DNA of 63,635 nt, the filler included, from Octopus bimaculoides (taxonomy: Eukaryota), in assembly GCF_001194135.2 (NCBI RefSeq). It is 4 parts of 4 records of this genome, joined end to end, with 100 filler letters (N's around TTAATTAATTAA, not from the genome) between each part and the next. Parts side by side here need not be neighbours in the genome. Positions count along the whole stretch, not along the records: positions 44,454 to 60,809 come from NC_068983.1; positions 60,910 to 63,635 come from NW_026353717.1; 2 more parts are not named here. One strand, written 5' to 3'. Below, piece after piece: positions 60,465-63,635 of the stretch (positions within the stretch are counted from its first letter, which is position 1; each line of letters starts with the position of its first letter). A model generated the notes under the pieces. It was given only the letters and a program-made list of their open reading frames with translations, searched no databases and was not told the origin of the DNA. The translations under genes and the position numbers were made by a program.

Positions 60465-60809
60465 ATAATAAATGTGAATGACAGTGTGCCAGTGTGTCAC
60501 TTTTCAACTTTACTCCAGAGGCCGTAACCCAACACATCATACCATTTTGGAAACAAGCTGACTCTGTGAGTAAATTAAAAACATTCCGGGCTGAATCCGG
60601 ACCCACAATCCTGAAATTTTGGATTCCCAAGTTTTCATTACTGTGATTGTATTCGGCAATTTTTTTTTTATGTGACTTTTTGCGACAAGTTTTTTTGAAC
60701 GACAACAACTTTTATAATCTAAAGGCTAACGCCATGAGTAAATCAAAAACATTCCGGGCCGAATCCGGGACTGCAATCCTGAAATTTTGGATTCCTATGT
60801 TTTCATTAC
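60465..60809 (+). repeat. Non-autonomous Helitron-like 5' end followed by a 168-bp tandem unit, cut by the scaffold end
   Basis: ATATAATAAATGTGAATG(A/T)CAGTGT start (also at about 60180, related at about 59700). TGAGTAAAT(T/C)AAAAACATTCCGGG...GAAATTTTGGATTCC...TTTTCATTAC recurs at 60567 and 60735. Confidence 0.55.
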
Positions 60810-60909
60810 NNNNNNNNNNNNNNNNNNNNNNNNNNNNNNNNNNNNNNNNNNNNTTAATTAATTAANNNNNNNNNNNNNNNNNNNNNNNNNNNNNNNNNNN
60901 NNNNNNNNN
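60810..60909. other. Artificial scaffold linker (44 N + TTAATTAATTAA + 44 N)
   Basis: Same 100-bp structure as 27083-27182. Confidence 0.95.
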
Positions 60910-61231
60910 CCCACTCTACATCGCAACTCATATATGATCTGTCACCCCTCCCTTCTTCCGTCTCCACAACAATCACCCCCACCGCACCCGCCCTACCAAG
61001 TTCCCAGTTCCACCAGAAGATGTTAGACAACTTCAAAAACTCAACCATAAATATATAAAGCCATACAGACACAGTATGGTTTTATATCTATAACTATCTG
61101 TGTCTTGTCTATTAAGCTATTCGTCTGGCTCTCTGTCTGTCTGTCTGTTTTACTCTCTCTGTCTATCTATCTATCTATCTACTCATCATTCTGTCCCTAT
61201 ATCTCAGTGTGTGTATCTATCTCACTTTGTT

Positions 61232-61280
<49 letters not shown>

Positions 61281-61385
61281 ATCTCTTTATATATATATAT
61301 ATATATATATATACAGTTGAAATTTACATGAAAACAAAAGACGAAGGCAGGTGTATAAACAACAAACAGGTGTATNNNNNNNNNN

Positions 61386-61425
<40 letters not shown>

Positions 61426-61704
61426 CAATGTTAATTCTCTAAATGAAGTATTAACAGTAACTGCACGATAAAGTGTAGTATATTGCCACTTAAGTGTGGC
61501 TGACCCCTAGGGGTGGATGTTACTGTTGCTTTTATATTTTAAATTATAATACAGGGAATCTAAGAGATACCGCCACGCTGAAAAATAGCAGTCAAATCCT
61601 GACTCTAAAACCACAATAAATGTCCACTAAATGTCCAATAAATGTTGTGTACATACGTGCATATATATGTGTGTATACGTCCGTATATGTAAGTATACTG
61701 TTTC

Positions 61705-61884
61705 ATCATCGTTTAACGTCCGCTTTCCATGCTAGCATGGGTTGGACGATTTGACTGAGGACTGGTGAAACCGGATGGCAACACCAGGCTCCAGTCTGAT
61801 TTGGCAGAGTTTCTACAGCTGGATGCCCTTCCTAACGCCAACCACTCAGAGAGTGTAGTGGGTGCTTTTACGTGTCACCCGCAC
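61705..61884 (-). mobile_element. SINE-like repeat family C
   Basis: Reverse complement of 13616-13855 and 6554-6828, cut by a gap. Confidence 0.85.
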
Positions 61885-62552
61885 NNNNNNNNNNNNNNNN
61901 NNNNNNNNNNNNNNNNNNNNNNNNNNNNNNNNNNNNNNNNNNNNNNNNNNNNNNNNNNNNNNNNNNNNNNNNNNNNNNNNNNNNNNNNNNNNNNNNNNNN
62001 NNNNNNNNNNNNNNNNNNNNNNNNNNNNNNNNNNNNNNNNNNNNNNNNNNNNNNNNNNNNNNNNNNNNNNNNNNNNNNNNNNNNNNNNNNNNNNNNNNNN
62101 NNNNNNNNNNNNNNNNNNNNNNNNNNNNNNNNNNNNNNNNNNNNNNNNNNNNNNNNNNNNNNNNNNNNNNNNNNNNNNNNNNNNNNNNNNNNNNNNNNNN
62201 NNNNNNNNNNNNNNNNNNNNNNNNNNNNNNNNNNNNNNNNNNNNNNNNNNNNNNNNNNNNNNNNNNNNNNNNNNNNNNNNNNNNNNNNNNNNNNNNNNNN
62301 NNNNNNNNNNNNNNNNNNNNNNNNNNNNNNNNNNNNNNNNNNNNNNNNNNNNNNNNNNNNNNNNNNNNNNNNNNNNNNNNNNNNNNNNNNNNNNNNNNNN
62401 NNNNNNNNNNNNNNNNNNNNNNNNNNNNNNNNNNNNNNNNNNNNNNNNNNNNNNNNNNNNNNNNNNNNNNNNNNNNNNNNNNNNNNNNNNNNNNNNNNNN
62501 NNNNNNNNNNNNTTTTTTATATACATATATTTGTATTTATGTGCCTGAGTAT

Positions 62553-62611
62553 ATTCCACCGATGAAGGCAAAGCATTATTTATGCAAAGCCAGAAATCCG
62601 GGATCTGGAAT
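62553..62611 (+). ncRNA. Type I hammerhead-like motif with U4C variant
   Basis: ATTCCA-CCGATGA-A-GGC(19-nt loop)GCC-A-GAAA-TC(CGG)GA-TC-TGGAAT. Perfect 6-bp stem I and an AUC triplet. Confidence 0.55.
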
Positions 62612-63067
62612 TATCTAGTTATTTTTACTGGTTTATTTTGTCTTCGTCTTCGCTCCTTGTGCTATGTGGACATTTATTGTGGTTTTAGAGTCAGGATTTG
62701 ACTGCTATTTTTCAGCGTGGCGGTATCTCTTAGATACCCTGTATTATAATTTTAAATAATTATTACCTTTTGATGGTTTTTATTCCCATGCTGGCCACTT
62801 GATAAAATCAATATTTTAAATATCGATCTTATCCTTATTTATAGAAATATATATATATATATATATGCATGTATTTTAAAGTTTACTTCAACCATGCCGG
62901 GTCACAGCCTCACAGTGTTAATAAATTGACCCCACCATTATTTTTCAGAGCTTGGTATTTATTCTACCAGGTCCTTTTTGCTCAAACTGCTAAGTTACAA
63001 GGGACGTAGACAAATCAACCAGTCGTTGTTAAGTGATAGTGTGGTACAAAACACACACTCTCTCACA

Positions 63068-63140
<73 letters not shown>

Positions 63141-63419
63141 TTAGTATCTATTGTACATGCTGGCATGGGTTGAACAAGCCAGAGAACTGCATCAGGCTCC
63201 ATGTCTGATTTGGCCTGGTCTCTACACCTCGATGGCCTTTCTGACGCCAACCACTTTCCAGAGTGTGCTGAGTGCTCTGATGTAACACCTCACGGGTGCA
63301 TTGATGTGACATCTCATCGGTCCATGTACATGACAACCCCCACAGGGATTTTTACATAGCACTGCCACAGGTACTTTTTATATTGTACCAGGACAGGAGA
63401 CACCTACAGGCCAATCCTC

Positions 63420-63535
63420 TCCACCAAGGGGATCAGGCTTAACCTAACACTTCTGCCGGGCATCCTCGTCCTTTGTCATCTCATCTGAAAGGTCCAGCAT
63501 CCTGAAATCATTCTTCACTACTTCATCCCCCACAC
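63420..63535 (-). pseudogene. RTE LINE extreme 3' ORF remnant
   Basis: Minus strand GDEVVKNDFRMLDLSDEMTKD.DA resembles the RTE C-terminal TW.EVVK.D...L.L...MT.DR..W. Confidence 0.5.
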
Positions 63536-63592
63536 ATAAACTTTAAAGCTTATATAAAAATACTGTTATTAATATATGTATATATATACAAA

Positions 63593-63635
<43 letters not shown>

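Larger units (their letters stand above)
61541..62752. repeat. 87-bp inverted repeat pair (61541-61627 / 62666-62752), one mismatch
   Basis: AAATTATAATACAGGG(A/T)ATCTAAGAGATACCGCCACGCTGAAAAATAGCAGTCAAATCCTGACTCTAAAACCACAATAAATGTCCAC and its reverse complement. Confidence 0.9.

Overview
AT-rich, microsatellite-rich eukaryotic draft DNA with many N gaps. The tRNA-derived SINE families and repeat landscape suggest a cephalopod, most likely Octopus (inference). The window is not one locus. Three identical 100-bp linkers (44 N + TTAATTAATTAA + 44 N; 12-mer at 27127, 44398 and 60854) join four separate scaffolds: 1-27082, 27183-44353, 44454-60809 and 60910-63635. The only host gene I can support is a TLC-domain membrane protein (TLCD4/TMEM56-like), seen as two coding exons (7536-7699 and 17808-17897, + strand). 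Its remaining exons lie in gaps or outside this scaffold. Almost everything else is transposon debris: a pogo transposase with its right TIR, several Tc1/mariner remnants, hAT and TTAA-type MITEs, a Helitron fragment, RTE, CR1-like and R4/Dong-like LINE fragments, Penelope GIY-YIG remnants, an LTR with a tRNA-Trp primer-binding site, and five SINE families. The most interesting signal is a set of sequence-unrelated hammerhead ribozyme-like motifs: one well-formed type I motif at 20544-20635, variants at 44150, 52292 and 62553, and permuted or degenerate motifs at 20009, 26441, 54458 and 58793. These fit several Penelope- or retrozyme-like element families. All folds were worked out by eye, and no activity has been shown.
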